Below are positions 13,179 to 25,348 of a stretch of DNA of 44,076 nt, piece by piece (within the stretch, counting starts at the first letter, position 1; every line of letters begins with the position of its first letter). This DNA comes from Octopus sinensis (lineage: Eukaryota). Location: positions 1-44,076 of the forward strand of contig NW_021834742.1 in the NCBI RefSeq assembly GCF_006345805.1, in the 5' to 3' direction. A program made the translations under genes and the position numbers. The notes under the pieces were generated by a model that was not told where the DNA came from, did no database searches, and saw only the letters and a list, made by a program, of their open reading frames with translations.

Positions 13179-14026
13179 TATCCTACTCGCAGCAAACTAC
13201 TTACGTTTCATGCTGAGAAGACGCTTTAGGTTTAGTTTAAAGTAAGCTCTTACAATTTCTTTCTACCAAAATCGCCAATGCTCGTGCGAAACTGTTTAAG
13301 AAAAATTGTTATTTGTACAATAAATTTGGCTTCTTGGGAACGGCGCCGATTTCGTATTTCAAAATGGTTTATGGATCGTCATGGATCGTCAGCAAGTTTA
13401 ATATATACACGAAAAAGAAAAAAACGATTTTTATGAAATAGAGAAATGTCGGTGTGTGCAGTTAAAACAGTACTAAAATGTAATATCCATCTCTGTATCA
13501 TACGTAGTAAATTACATAGGCAGCTATTTTAGTTTAATGCTGTTTCAATGGCGTATGCCGAGTTTTATTCTGGCCAGCAAGATTTTCGCAGTATCAGTGA
13601 AAGCATTATTCCTTGTTAGCTATATATCGGCATGTCACAACAAAGTACACATCACTAACAAAATTCATAAAAGCCGAAACACGACAGACGTCCTCGTGAG
13701 TCACTGCTAATTATTGATAATTTTGTTTTTAAAGGAAAGGGGTTTAAACATTTCTGTACTAATGGCAGCTTGCAAATTTTTAAAAGCAATAGATTGGCAA
13801 ATACCGTATTTTTTCGAAAACGTTATATATTACCGCTAATTGTTTTTGCCGATAGCCTTGATGATTTCCAGAATACGAGAACAACTTGATATAAGCCAAG
13901 CTAGAAATGTTGTTTTTGGAATGAAAAATCAATTGGAATAATACACGGGCACACACACACACACATATACACGCACTATATTATCTCTCTCTATCACAAA
14001 ATGCTATCTATCTATCAATATATCTA

Positions 14027-14029
<3 letters not shown>

Positions 14030-14118
<89 letters not shown>

Positions 14119-14127
14119 CTATCTATC
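14030..14127. repeat. (TCTG)n/(TCTA)n microsatellite
   Basis: Pure tetranucleotide runs. Confidence 0.95.
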
Positions 14128-14379
14128 TGTGTGTTTATATATATATATATAGAATATGAATCTATGGTTAATGAATCCAACGGTTATTATCGACATCGAT
14201 GCCTAAATAAGCAGTAATATTCTATATATGGTTGACTAGATGACTATCACTGAGGGGGGCCAAAACACAGTGAGATCACGTGATGTGCCAGCTCCGGTGG
14301 CCGTAGCAGTCGGTTCTTACCAGTCAACCTTATAAATCCGAAGGCTTTTATGCAACACGAATTCTTATGAGAAGCTCTA

Positions 14380-14815
14380 TCAAGGTAAATAACGCAGTAT
14401 ACTATGTTCTAAGACAACATCTAAGTTGGAGATAAAGATAGGATGACCAGCCCCGTGCCACATATTACCTGGGGTGCGAACAGGGCTACACCCCCATGTA
14501 TATAAATATATTGGTTTTGCGAGAACTTCGTTCGAGCGACGTTTTCTTAACCTCCAATCATCCTTCAGAGTCCCAGAAAGACGGTTTGTCACGTCCCTCG
14601 CCCACCATGTATGGTCCCTCAAAGATCAAGGGACCCCATGTGATATGACAGATTGATCCCCGGGCCCGTATATCAATGGAAGTGGCCGTTGCAAGATCTG
14701 CATCGTGGCGAGGGCCAAAATTCTTAAGGACTATAAGAAACCTGGCACATTAAAAAGCCGTAAAGAAATGTTTTCTAAATACAACCACTTCAAGCGCTAC
14801 CAACTAGAAAATTGG
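14380..14815 (+). mobile_element. Penelope-like element relic, GIY-YIG endonuclease region
   Basis: NNAVYYV...KYIGFARTSFERRFLNLQSSF...TSLAHHVWSLKD...PYINGSGRCKICIV...LKSRKEMFSKYNHFKRYQLEN; frameshifted. Confidence 0.8.
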
Positions 14816-15114
14816 ATCTCCCCGTTTTCTAGTTTGGCCTCTTCGGGTCTATTAGGATTCTTTCCCCCCTCTGATTCAAGGGAGATAACCCGTCCTTATT
14901 AACGATACATGTGTGTGTATGTGTGCGCATGTGTGTGTGAGTGTGTATTTATCTTCTATATAAATCCAAATTATCAACCGTACTAAACTATCATAAACCA
15001 TAAACACCACTACAATCATCATCATTATCCTTATGAACATTAAAAGTTGATTTACCATCATCACTACCACTGCCACCATCAATCCTGCCTTCGTCATCAT
15101 TCTTTAACTTCAGT

Positions 15115-15345
15115 TTTTTTCCTCCCCTTCTCCTCCTCCTGCCTTCCTCCTCCTCCTCCTCCTCCTGCCTTCCTCCCTTCCTCCTCCTTCCATCCTCCTC
15201 CTCCCCTCCTCCTCCTCCTCCTCCTCCCTTCCTCCTCCTCCTTCCCCCCCTCCCCCTCCCCCTTTCCTCCTCCCCTCCTCCTCCGCCCCCCCTCCTCCTT
15301 CCCTCCTCTCCCCACCACCACCACCACCACCACCACCACACCACC
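15115..15345. repeat. (CCT)n/(CCA)n polypyrimidine tract
   Basis: C/T-only run of ~210 bp followed by (CCA)n. Confidence 0.9.
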
Positions 15346-15368
15346 TCAACCGATCACCAGTACCACAC

Positions 15369-15473
15369 GCTACAACGACCAACACCACTAACGACAAACC
15401 GAATAACTCTCACCACTATCGCTACAACGACCAACACCACTACGACAAACAAGAATAACTCTCACCACTATCG
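15369..15473. repeat. 52-bp tandem duplication
   Basis: gctacaacgaccaacaccacta...gaataactctcaccactatc at 15369 and 15421. Confidence 0.85.
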
Positions 15474-16181
15474 CAACTACCACATGTACAACCACATCTG
15501 CCACTACCGCTAGTATCTGTATTATTCATTACTACTACCACCTCATCCAACGCTACAATTACAATCACTACTACAACTACTGTTACCGTAAAGCACATTT
15601 ATTACTACCAACACAACCATAGCCAGCGCCGATACCACTACCATCACCACCACCACCACCACCACCACCACCACCACCACCAGCACCACCAGCACCACCA
15701 CCACCAGCACCACCAGCACCACCAGCACCACCACCAACACTATTAATACCACAAAACCATCATTAAGAGAATCACATACAATCAGGGCATTGATATATTG
15801 TGTTACATGTTTAAGCTGTTGTTTTTTTGTTTTTTTGGGGCATTGACCGTTTATGCGGTTTCATCTGTTTTACTTTGACAGCTTTTTATTTTAAAAAAAT
15901 TATGTTTATATTGGCATTTTTTTTTGGTATTTATATAATTTTATTTTTGTTTTAATGTGTTTTATCGCTTTTTTTTTTCAGTATGATGGTTTGAACAGAG
16001 GGTGGTGTAAGGTAGGGAAAAAGACTAGGCTGGAAGAGAAATAAGAGCAGAAGGAGGAGGAGCAGCAGGAAGAACAAGAAGAGGATGAGACGAAAACGGA
16101 GAGAAGGAAGAGGAGAAGACGAAGACGACGAAAGAGAAGAAAAAGAAAAAATGATATAATGATACGTATATACCTACATAC

Positions 16182-16222
<41 letters not shown>

Positions 16223-16727
16223 TAATCCAAACAAGAAAACAAAAAGACAACACGCAAGGATGTGGAACAAATAAAGTTTATTGGACGCTCAGGAAAGAAG
16301 GGAAGAAGGGGGGTTTGACGTTTCAAGCGGAGCTCTTCGTCGGAAACATAGGAGAAAGAAAGATCCCGAGACGGGAGGACAGAGGAAAAAAAATTGCAGG
16401 TAGTATTCACGAGGTCACATACTAAAAAGAGGGAAGTGGTAAAAATGGAGGAAAATGTTTTTAAAAACAAGAGAGCTGAATCAAAGAAGGAATGGTAAAA
16501 AAGGTGTGCGAGATGACAAGGGTGTGTGTGTGAGTGTGTGCGTGTGTGTGTATGTGTGTGTATGGTGGACAATGGCTAGTGGCAGGCAGTAGTAGAATTA
16601 GGGAGTGGTGTGGGGGTACCCTAGCAAGTCAGAAAGGCAGGTCAGAAACAGGGAGGTATGTGTGTGTGCGTGTATATGTACCGTGTGTGTGTTTTGTTGT
16701 AGTATGTGTGTGTGTACGGGTGCGTTT

Positions 16728-16792
16728 CGACTTAATCCGTTTGTCTGTCTTTGTCCCCTCTGTGTTTAACCCCTTGTAGGTAGTAAAGAAAT
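16728..16792 (+). mobile_element. Family B SINE 3' terminal fragment, tail type 1
   Basis: cgacttaatccgtttgtctgtctttgtcccctctgtgtttaaccccttgtaggtagtaaagaaata. Confidence 0.8.
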
Positions 16793-16818
16793 ATATATAT
16801 ATATATATTATATATATA

Positions 16819-17203
16819 CTAGTGGGGGTGCCCAAAAGAAGCCAGAATTTCGCAATATTATTTTATTCACTTAGTTTTACATGTTTACACTTTTATCGCC
16901 TTCAAAGTTTTCTCCATTTGAAGCAATGCATCCATCCAGACGGGTTTTCCACAATTCGAAACAGTGCTGGAACTCGTGCGAAGTGATGCCTTTTAACGCC
17001 TCCGTCATTCTTTTCTTCACTCCTTCCACATCTGCAAATTCCTTAGCACCAGTTTTCGTCACCAGTGATGATCATCGAATAAAGAAGGTCCGGATCAACT
17101 TCCAGCTGTCCTTTCAGTTCACGACGCATTCAGCCGTGACTGATTTTCATCTTTCGTGAGTAAACAAGGCACAAATTTTGCTGCAACTCTTTTCTTGGCA
17201 GAT
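16819..17203 (-). mobile_element. Mariner relic with internal deletion of the catalytic core
   Basis: Minus strand RVAAKFVPCLLT...RELKGQLEVDPDLLYSMIITGDENW joined directly to KEFADVEGVKKRMTEALKG...CFELWKTRLDGCIASNGENFEGD; TIR-like end ctagtgggggtgcccaaaagaagccagaattt flanked by TA at 16817-16818. Confidence 0.85.
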
Positions 17204-17589
17204 GGAGCTGTCGATATTACTTTTAAGGTGATGTGTGTGCTATGCTTTGTGAATAGCTTCATAGTTCTTTTATCCATTTCCTATTGCTCTGTCCTCGTCC
17301 ATTTTAATGTAGGAGCAGGGCATCTTAACACTGGCATGGTCCATGTTTTCATTGCTTTGAAAATATTTCTGCTATTTAGTTTTATTTCGAGCACCTTCTT
17401 AATCCTTCTTTTGGAGACTCATTTCTCTTTCCAATACCTTATTGTACTGCGATATCCCTTGGTATTTGTATCACTCATTATCTCTCGCAGTTTAATGATA
17501 TTGTCTTGTAGTAATTTTATACCATCAGATTTAATCTTTCGTCTTCCCTTCATAATTAAAACGGCATACTAATATATTGCAAATTATAT

Positions 17590-18582
17590 TGTTGTGGTTC
17601 AATTTAAGGACCGTTGATTGCGACCTACTTATGGGAATGAATCCACTGTTCTGCCAGATGCGGGTTGATTAATTAGCTCTGGGGAAACTCCCCGACCCTT
17701 TCAGGTGAATTAGGGTTCATTTGAGGGCTGCCCCCTTAAAATAAGCAGTTCAGTTTGTGTGTGTGAGAGACAGTCAGGATTTGGGATTCAAGGCGAACAG
17801 TTGGCCGGAAACTCTGCTAGAGACGAGTCAGTCGAGGACAGAGCAAGTAACAGGTTGTTGTCTGCTGTGACAGATGAACGACAGGCAGGGAGGATTAAGG
17901 AACTAAGAGACTGCAGCGAGAGGGCTTGGCAATTACAGTAGTAATGTTCTGAAATTGTTGCAGACGGAAAGGAACGTCCGGTAAAGTTTTGTTTGTGTTT
18001 AATTATGTTTTGATATGTGAAGAAAAAGAAGGAAAGAGTTGTGGTATTTATGTAAAAAGAATTGTATTGATACGTGTTACGAAAAAATAGAGAAAGAAGA
18101 AAGAGAGAAAAAAGAAAGACTCTGATATAGTCTTTAAAGACTGAAAAGAACTCTGAACTGTATCGTTGTTTTGAATTGATCTGATTTGAACATTATTTGA
18201 TCTGAACTTATTTGTCTATGAACATTGTATATGCCTTTAATGTGATTTGAAACAGAACTGTTGTCTCCGGACTGTTTAAATGCTTTGATGTGTTGATTCT
18301 GTTGCTTGTATTTACCTGATGTATCTTTAAATGTATTTGATGTTGTAATAGTCATATAAACTAGTTGTTAAACGTAGCCAATTGCCTTCCGCTGTATCTC
18401 TGTGTCTCTTCCTGCTGTTGTCGTTGTCGTTATCTCTCTCCTCTCTGAGTTCCGTGGCGAACACACGCCGATCGATTCGAGCCTGGTCAATCGTCGTCGC
18501 TCGACTTGTTGGGATCCCGGGTTCGAGTTTGAGCGAAGGCAGGTGGGATTCCGTAACAGCTTTCGTTGGAGGTCCCGTAACA
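17590..18582 (+). mobile_element. Solo LTR, probably Ty3/Gypsy (993 bp)
   Basis: Starts TGTTGTGG and ends CCCGTAACA; 4-bp TSD ATAT at 17586-17589 and 18583-18586; the R4 RT frame resumes on both sides. Confidence 0.85.
17681..17775 (+). promoter_or_regulatory. Putative LTR promoter: kB-like palindrome, TATA-like box, Inr-like
   Basis: GGGGAAACTCCCC at 17681-17693, taaaata at 17737-17743, acagtc with A at 17772 (~30 bp downstream); motif match only. Confidence 0.4.
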
Positions 18583-18811
18583 ATATACCAATATATTCTT
18601 ACTGTATGGACGAGAAACTCAGGATCTTCTCATTCATGGCATATACTTTGAAGTCATCTACATAGGGCAGATGATATATTCTTCTCCTGGTCGTAGCAAT
18701 GTCGTAAGCAGGCCTAGATTTTCTCAGTATCAATGCAATTACGAAAAGTAATACATAGAGCGAGTGTCCCTGAACTATTCTCCTTTATAGTTTCAAATTT
18801 CCTACTGATAT

Positions 18812-18850
18812 AGGCGCATGCGTGGCTGTGTGGTAAGAAGTTTACTTCTT
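18812..18850 (+). mobile_element. Truncated CORE-type SINE head
   Basis: aggcgcatgcgtggctgtgtggtaagaagtttacttc resembles the family A A-box region. Confidence 0.6.
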
Positions 18851-19338
18851 TTTACAATTCAACGAAGATACAACAACTTTTACCAATTTTTGTGAAAGGC
18901 TGTGTTCCAAGTTGTGGCGTTCCAAGGTTCAAACTGGAATAAGGCCTGGAGTACCGAGTGGCCAGAAGATTTTTGCTGTGTTTTTTTTTTTACTGTTGTT
19001 CTCTTTTCTTCTATCTTTTATTTGTGACTTTTTTTCTTCCTTCCTATTTGTTGAGACTTTATTTTTTGATTTCTCTCTTTTTCTTCCTTAATTGTTTGAA
19101 TTTTATTGTGAACTGTTTTGGGATTTTTAATTTAAAAGAAAAAAACATGGCAAGAACATGGACAATATTGTGGAATGGGAAATAGTACCACCCAAAGAAT
19201 GGTTGAAGGACTTCGAAGAGAAGACGGTGGTGTTCAGGACTTACTCCGAGTTGCTCGACACCATCGCCATATTTGAAAAGACTATGATTGCAAAAAAGTT
19301 GGCGGAGTATCTGCCAACTATTAAATTCACATTGTTTA
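18851..19338 (+). mobile_element. Possible 5' UTR plus ORF1 start of a LINE (3'-truncated)
   Basis: T-rich leader, then non-repetitive ORF MDNIVEWEIVPPKEWLKDFEEKTVVFRTYSELLDTIAIFEKTMIAKKLAEYLPTIKF that runs into the R4 relic; family assignment is inference. Confidence 0.35.
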
Positions 19339-19550
19339 CTTTTTTGTAGTCTAACCAGCTAAGAGCAAATATCTTTTTAATAATTCATATTTCCCTTAGA
19401 GTCCCGCTATCGATATAGAAATGATCAGCAGTTCTCTTTGATTTATTTCGCCATTCATTTTGCTCCTTCGGTTATAGAGTCACCTTTCAGCAAGCTATAT
19501 ACTTCATCTGCTATGAGATCAGTCGATAATTTCCAGAATTAAGCATGTAA

Positions 19551-19886
19551 TCTCTATATATAAACGGCAAAATGTCTGTGTGTATGTCCTTTATACAAAT
19601 CCATAAGTTTTCAGATAGAGGTCTCACCCTTTCTATGGTCATTCAAAACCGTCCAAGGGTAGTCGTGCACATCTTTACATTTCCCCAGTCATCTCGCAAA
19701 GCCATTAAAAAATCAATAGAAGTGACTTTTTTGTGAATTTTCTATCCAAAACCCAATCAAAATGAATTTTCTATCCAAAACCCAATCAAAATGCCCGAAA
19801 CTTGATACGCCAATTGAATGTCAGCTAGCTGTATGTGATTGGTTGGAGATTTGGACAGTACTCGCGTTGCCGGGTCATAGTGCTAG
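19551..19886 (+). mobile_element. Non-autonomous Helitron (336 bp) with an internal 29-bp tandem duplication
   Basis: A|TC start (tctctatatataaacggc), 3' actcgcgttgccgggt hairpin then CTAG|T; removing it restores cct att aca tgc (PITC) in the R4 relic with no TSD; duplication units at 19734 and 19763. Confidence 0.9.
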
Positions 19887-20264
19887 TAGGTCTTAAATTA
19901 CTGGCTTCTCTTTCCTATTCTTTGTCTCTCTGTATCAGCAATGGCTTTCGATTTGTCATCCTTGTTAATGTTACCTTTTCTATTTAGTCAGTAAAAAACA
20001 GTTGTATATAGCTGTTACTGCTTGTAAGGTCTTAAAGCTAGAATCCCTGAAAAACGCAGAATCCAGGAGCTTCCCAGATTCTGTCCTTTAATCATGGTTT
20101 TCAATTTAACTTCAGTGCCTGGACTTTTTAAACTCGTCGTCGTCGTCGATGTCGCCCTCCCCGTCATCCTCTTCTTCCCCCTCGTCCTTCTCCTTCTCCT
20201 ATCGTCCTCATCATTATTATCATCGTCACCTATATTCTTGTTGTTAGTAACATTGTTTTTCTTG

Positions 20265-20299
<35 letters not shown>

Positions 20300-20625
20300 C
20301 ATACACACACACACATACACACACAAACACACGCACACACACACACACCACACACACACAAACACACACAAATATATATATATATATATACATACGTACA
20401 CACATATATAATTTTGATTTAATACCATTTTCAAAAAAAATGTGAGGATGGGGGTGTTAATTAAAATAGCGACTCTGGGGATTTTAAAATCAATTTTCGT
20501 TTTAGTTTACCGAAATTCAGAGACTGAAAATAACGAAATACGAAATAATGAAATTCGAAGAAAGGATCAGATCGCACACATTTTAATGATATGCAGAAAC
20601 AGGAAATTGGAGATTTTAAGGCACA

Positions 20626-20699
<74 letters not shown>

Positions 20700-21080
20700 C
20701 ATACACACATACATACACACACACATATATGTATATATGTGTATATATATATGTATATATATGTGTATATATATATATGTATATATATATATATGTATAT
20801 ATATATGTATATATATATGTTTATAAGCATATATGCATGTATGTATACACACACATGCATGTGACATACATGTACACACACTTACGCACATGCACACTCG
20901 TAAATACTCAAGGGATATAATAATTGTCGGCTCAGGTTCGTTCGGTAGCTAATTTCTCCATTCGTTTATTAGTATTGTATTTTCATTGATTTTCCCATTG
21001 CATAACTTGTATTATATTTTTGTGTCCTTCCTTGTTATTATCTTTATATTATCTTTACATTATTTGTGTATCCCTTCCAT

Positions 21081-21302
21081 ACTCTTTTACTCTCTTTTAC
21101 TCTCTTTTACTCTTTTACTTGTTTCAGTCATTTGACTGCGGCCATGCTGGAGCAACTCGACCCCGGGACTTATTCTTTTGTAAGCCCAGTACTTATTCTA
21201 TCAGTCTCTTTTGCCGAACCGCTAAGTAACGGGGACATAAACACACCAGCATCAGCTGTCAAGCAATGCTAGGGGGACAACACAGACACACAAACACACA
21301 CA

Positions 21303-21340
<38 letters not shown>

Positions 21341-21495
21341 TACGACGGGCTTCTTTCAGTTTCCGTCTACCAAATCCACTCACAAGGCTTTGGTCGGCCT
21401 TAGGCTATAGTAGAAGACACTTGCCCAAGGTGCCACGCAGTGGAACTGAACCCGGAACCATGTGGTTGGTAAACAAGCTACTTACCACACAGCCA
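21081..21495 (-). mobile_element. CORE-type SINE (family A), near full length
   Basis: Head, CORE-like segment, central (AT/GT) microsatellite, 3' half ending aaatgactgaaacaagtaaaagagtaaaagag. Confidence 0.92.
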
Positions 21496-21585
21496 TTGAA
21501 TTTCTTTTTATTTACTTTGAAATTTAAATAAAAAGGCATGTTTGAATAACCAAAATAATCCTTTCTACTATAGCCAGAAAGCCTG

Positions 21586-21693
21586 AAGAAGAAGAAGAAG
21601 AAGAAGAAGAAGAAGAAGAAGAAGAGAAGAAGAAGAAGAAGAAGAAGAAGAAGAAGAAGAAGAAGAAGAAAAAGAAGAAGAAGAAGAAGAAGT
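21586..21693. repeat. (GAA)n microsatellite
   Basis: ~35 gaa units. Confidence 0.95.
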
Positions 21694-21714
21694 GGAGGCA
21701 CTTGTCCATTACGT

Positions 21715-22070
21715 TGATCTCAGTATTTATTTCATTGAACCCGATAGACTGAAAAGCAAGTGGATCTCGGTTGAAAATTGAACGCAGATCGTAAAGGCGA
21801 ACGAAGCGTCTCTAAGCGTCTTAACTATTCTGTCAAGTCGCTGCCTTAATAATTTTAGTAATTATTCTTTCAAATTTTGGCATTGGTAGGGTGGGTGAAA
21901 CACAGTCGATATATGAACTCTGGTACATGGCTTGCATTATAGCTTATCGACTCCGAAAAGATGACTTCAAAATTTTATTTCTGCAGTATTTGAACTCAGA
22001 ACGTACGAAGCCAAAAGAAATCTCACTATGCATTTTTCCCGATGCTCAAACGATTCTGCCAACCACTAAT
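21715..22070 (-). mobile_element. Two old, diverged family B SINE copies
   Basis: atttgaactcagaacgta and ttatcgactccgaaaag remnants of the B box and central domain. Confidence 0.5.
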
Positions 22071-23244
22071 TAATATAAAAAACAAATAAGATTTCACCAC
22101 CCACAAAAAAATTGTCTAAGTTTTAATTTCAAAATTTAACACAAAACCAATAAAGAAGTAAATAATAAATATATAAACAAAACCAAGAATTCCTCCTGCT
22201 CCTAGCTAATTATTAGTTTTATTTTTGATGATTAAAAATGTCTTTCTCAAGCCTCTGCCTCGCCCTACACTCCACACAACTGTCATGTTATCCTTGAAAA
22301 TATAGTCTCTCTCTTCTCATCCACACCTTTACGTTCTCAGCTTAGATCTAATCGAGCTTTAAATTGTTATAACACACTCACCATTCCTTTGCTCTCTCTC
22401 TCCACCTTGTTCTCTCCCCATCTCTCTCTCTCTCTCTCTTCTCAATAAAATCTGTGTTTTTCCTCAATCTCTCACTCCTCACTCATTACTTCTTCTCCTT
22501 CTTCTCTTCCATCGCACTGCTCACTTATTCTGAACCCTCTCCCTACTACCCTGATCAACTTTGAACTAGCAGGAAAAATGTCTTTCCTGCACTTCTCACC
22601 TTGTGTTTTAAATTCTTGTTAGGTAATTCCTTCTTTTTATTCTCCCATATTCTCTTTTTCTCTTTACTCACTCACTATTTCTCCTTTGCTTTCTGTTTCT
22701 TCTTACCAATCAGGCTAGCCCCGTTTTAGCATCACCCTTCTTCCCCCTCTCTCTCTCTCTTTCTTTCTCTCTCTCTCTCTGTTTTAAGATGTTCATAGAG
22801 GTTAAAATACCGGTCAAACGATTTTCTTTCTGTTCTCGTTTGTCCTCTTCATCTTGAATTGTTGCTGTTGTTTATGTTGTTATTCTGTTTCTTGTTTATA
22901 ATGTTTCTTACCGCAGGTTTCATATATCGTTTTTTTAGGGAACAAAATTAAACTTAGTTTCAAATAAAATTTTCTCTAAAATATTTCTCCATTTCTCTTC
23001 GTAAAAACAACGACGAGCTACATCAACCCCGCCCAAAACAACAACAACAACAACAACAACAACAAAAACCCAAAAACAAGAGAAAACGAAAAACCCGGCG
23101 ATTCTATTAAATTCAGACATACCCAAAGATAAACAGAAATAAAAAATATAAAAAGAACAAAATAGAGAAGAATTCAGAAGATTAAAATTTCTTCTTCTCA
23201 ATCAAGTTATTGTCCGTATTTATTTGTCTGTAAGTAGTTTTCAT

Positions 23245-23644
23245 TCTTCTTCTTCTTCTTCTTCTTCTTCTTCTTCTTCTTCTTCTTCTTCTTCTTCTTC
23301 TTCTTCTCTTCTTCTTCTTCTTCTTCTTCTCCTTCTCCTTCTCCTCCTCCTCCTTCTTCTTCTTTCTTATTTTTTGAGACTTTTCTCTACTTGTGTATTT
23401 ATTCGTGCTGATCCTATCTTTGTTGTTGTTGTTGCTGGCCTTCTTGACGTTACTACAGTCCTTTGTCCTTGCTTTGGTGGTCATTGTTGTTGTTAATGAT
23501 GATGATATTGTTATTATTGTTGTTACTATTTTTTTTGTTTTTATTGCCGTTGTTTCCATCATTCTTTCGTCCTCACCTTCATGCTAATCCTCTTGTAGGA
23601 TTGTGCTTGTTCTGTCTCTCTACTTTCATCCATTCATTCATTCG

Positions 23645-23682
<38 letters not shown>

Positions 23683-23760
23683 CTTCTTCTTCTTCTTCTT
23701 CTTCTCTTCTTCTTCTTCTTCTTCTTCTTCTTCTTCTTCTTCTTCTTCTCTTCTTCTTCT
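23245..23760. repeat. (TTC)n and (TTG)n microsatellites
   Basis: Runs at 23245-23365 and 23643-23760. Confidence 0.9.
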
Positions 23761-23937
23761 ATAAGGTGTGTCTCCATAAATCTCTCCTCTTTGATGGTGT
23801 GCTCGAGCTACGAGTCGTTCTGAGTCCTCCTAGGAAGCCTAGTGCATCTACAATCAAGACAAAGCAATCTTGAAGCGCCTTCTTCGCACCTGCTTTTCAG
23901 CTTCGTACACATACAAAAAATAAAATAAAAAAATGAA

Positions 23938-24007
23938 ATAATAATAATAATAATGATAATAATAATGATGATGATGATGATGATGATGATGATAATAATA
24001 CTAATAC

Positions 24008-24106
<99 letters not shown>

Positions 24107-24140
24107 TAATAATAATGATAATAATAATAATAATAATAAT
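23938..24140. repeat. (TAA)n/(TGA)n microsatellite
   Basis: ~200 bp of taa with tga interruptions. Confidence 0.95.
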
Positions 24141-24654
24141 AGGGCTTTTGTCTTGGTATAAAAGATGGGCTTTTGTCTTGGTATAAAAGATGGGCTTTTG
24201 TCTTGGTATAAAAGATGGGCTACAGCAAATATTCTGCTCAATACCACAGATTTGCTTGTCAGTTGTTTGACCTTAACCAGTTGAGCATGTCCCTTATTGG
24301 CTGACGATATGTGCATCTCTGATCACGAGCAGAAGTAGTGGGGGAGTATCATAGCCATGTGTTGAGAGGGATTCTTTGAGGTTTGAATAATTCACCTCTG
24401 GAAACATGGGCGGTTCTTTCAACATCCTTAAACAACCCTTATTCAGGGACCTTTTGAGCGGGATGGGCTACTCAACCTGAAGACCTGCAAGGTCATGTGC
24501 TGTTTATCTTGATATGAGATCACAATGTCGCGCACATATGGCTGTGATGCATGTGCCTGGTGTACCCTTATCAGACGGGTAGTCATGATGGGTATATTGG
24601 GCTTCGTATATTTTACCCCAGTGTCACTTTGATGGCATGAACTGCTCTCTCACA
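24141..24654 (+). mobile_element. 5'-truncated 3' end of a non-LTR retrotransposon (probably R4/Dong 3' UTR), copy 1
   Basis: Shares its 3' end ...gatggcatg(a/c)a(c/t)tgctctctcac with copy 2; followed by (TAA)n and embedded in (TAA)n; 25-bp unit x3 at the 5' end. Confidence 0.6.
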
Positions 24655-24674
24655 TAATAATAATAATAATAATG

Positions 24675-24743
<69 letters not shown>

Positions 24744-24746
<3 letters not shown>

Positions 24747-25262
24747 GCCCTGATGCAGGACCAGGCAGTGGCTTTCATGGTTTCTTAACTGACTGGAAGT
24801 GTTATCATGTACTTTGTTTTATCTTAGTATAAAAGATGAGCTACAGCAAATATTCTGCTCAATACTACAGATTTGCTTGTGAGCTGTTTGACCATAACCA
24901 GTTGAGCATGTCCCTTAGTAGCAGAAGAAGTGGGCGGGGGAGCACCAAAGCCATATGTTGAGAGAAATTTTTTTAATAATTCACCTTTGGAAACATGGAT
25001 ATTTTGTTCAACATTCTTAAACAACCCTTATTCAGGGACCTTTTGGGCGGGATGGGTTACTCGACCTGAAGAAAATTCTAACTGGACCCCCACCTGCAAA
25101 GTCATGCGCTGTTTATCTTGATATGAGATCAGTGTCGCGCACATATGGCTGTCATGCATATGCCTGGTGTACACTTATCAGACGGGTAGTCATGATGGGT
25201 ATACTAGGCTTCGTATATTTTACTCCTGTATCATTTGATGGCATGCATTGCTCTCTCACTCA
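24744..25262 (+). mobile_element. 5'-truncated 3' end of the same retrotransposon, copy 2
   Basis: Homologous to 24196-24654 with a different 5' truncation; tail of (CAC/CAA/TAA)n. Confidence 0.6.
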
Positions 25263-25264
25263 AC

Positions 25265-25296
<32 letters not shown>

Positions 25297-25312
25297 AAAC
25301 AACAACAACAAC

Positions 25313-25348
<36 letters not shown>

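Larger units (their letters stand above)
17204..20110 (-). mobile_element. R4/Dong-clade LINE reverse-transcriptase relic in four pieces (19887-20110, 19339-19550, 18587-18809, 17204-17589)
   Basis: Minus-strand motifs in the correct order: WEAPG..FQGF*L, ASNLRPITCL, WKLSTDLIADEVY, EQNEWRNKSKRTADHFYID, SWLDYKK, RRIVQGHSLYVLLFVIAL, HLPYVDDFKVYA, YAVLIMKGR, RRIKKVLEIKLNSRNIFKAMKTWTMPVLR; stops and frameshifts throughout. Confidence 0.85.
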
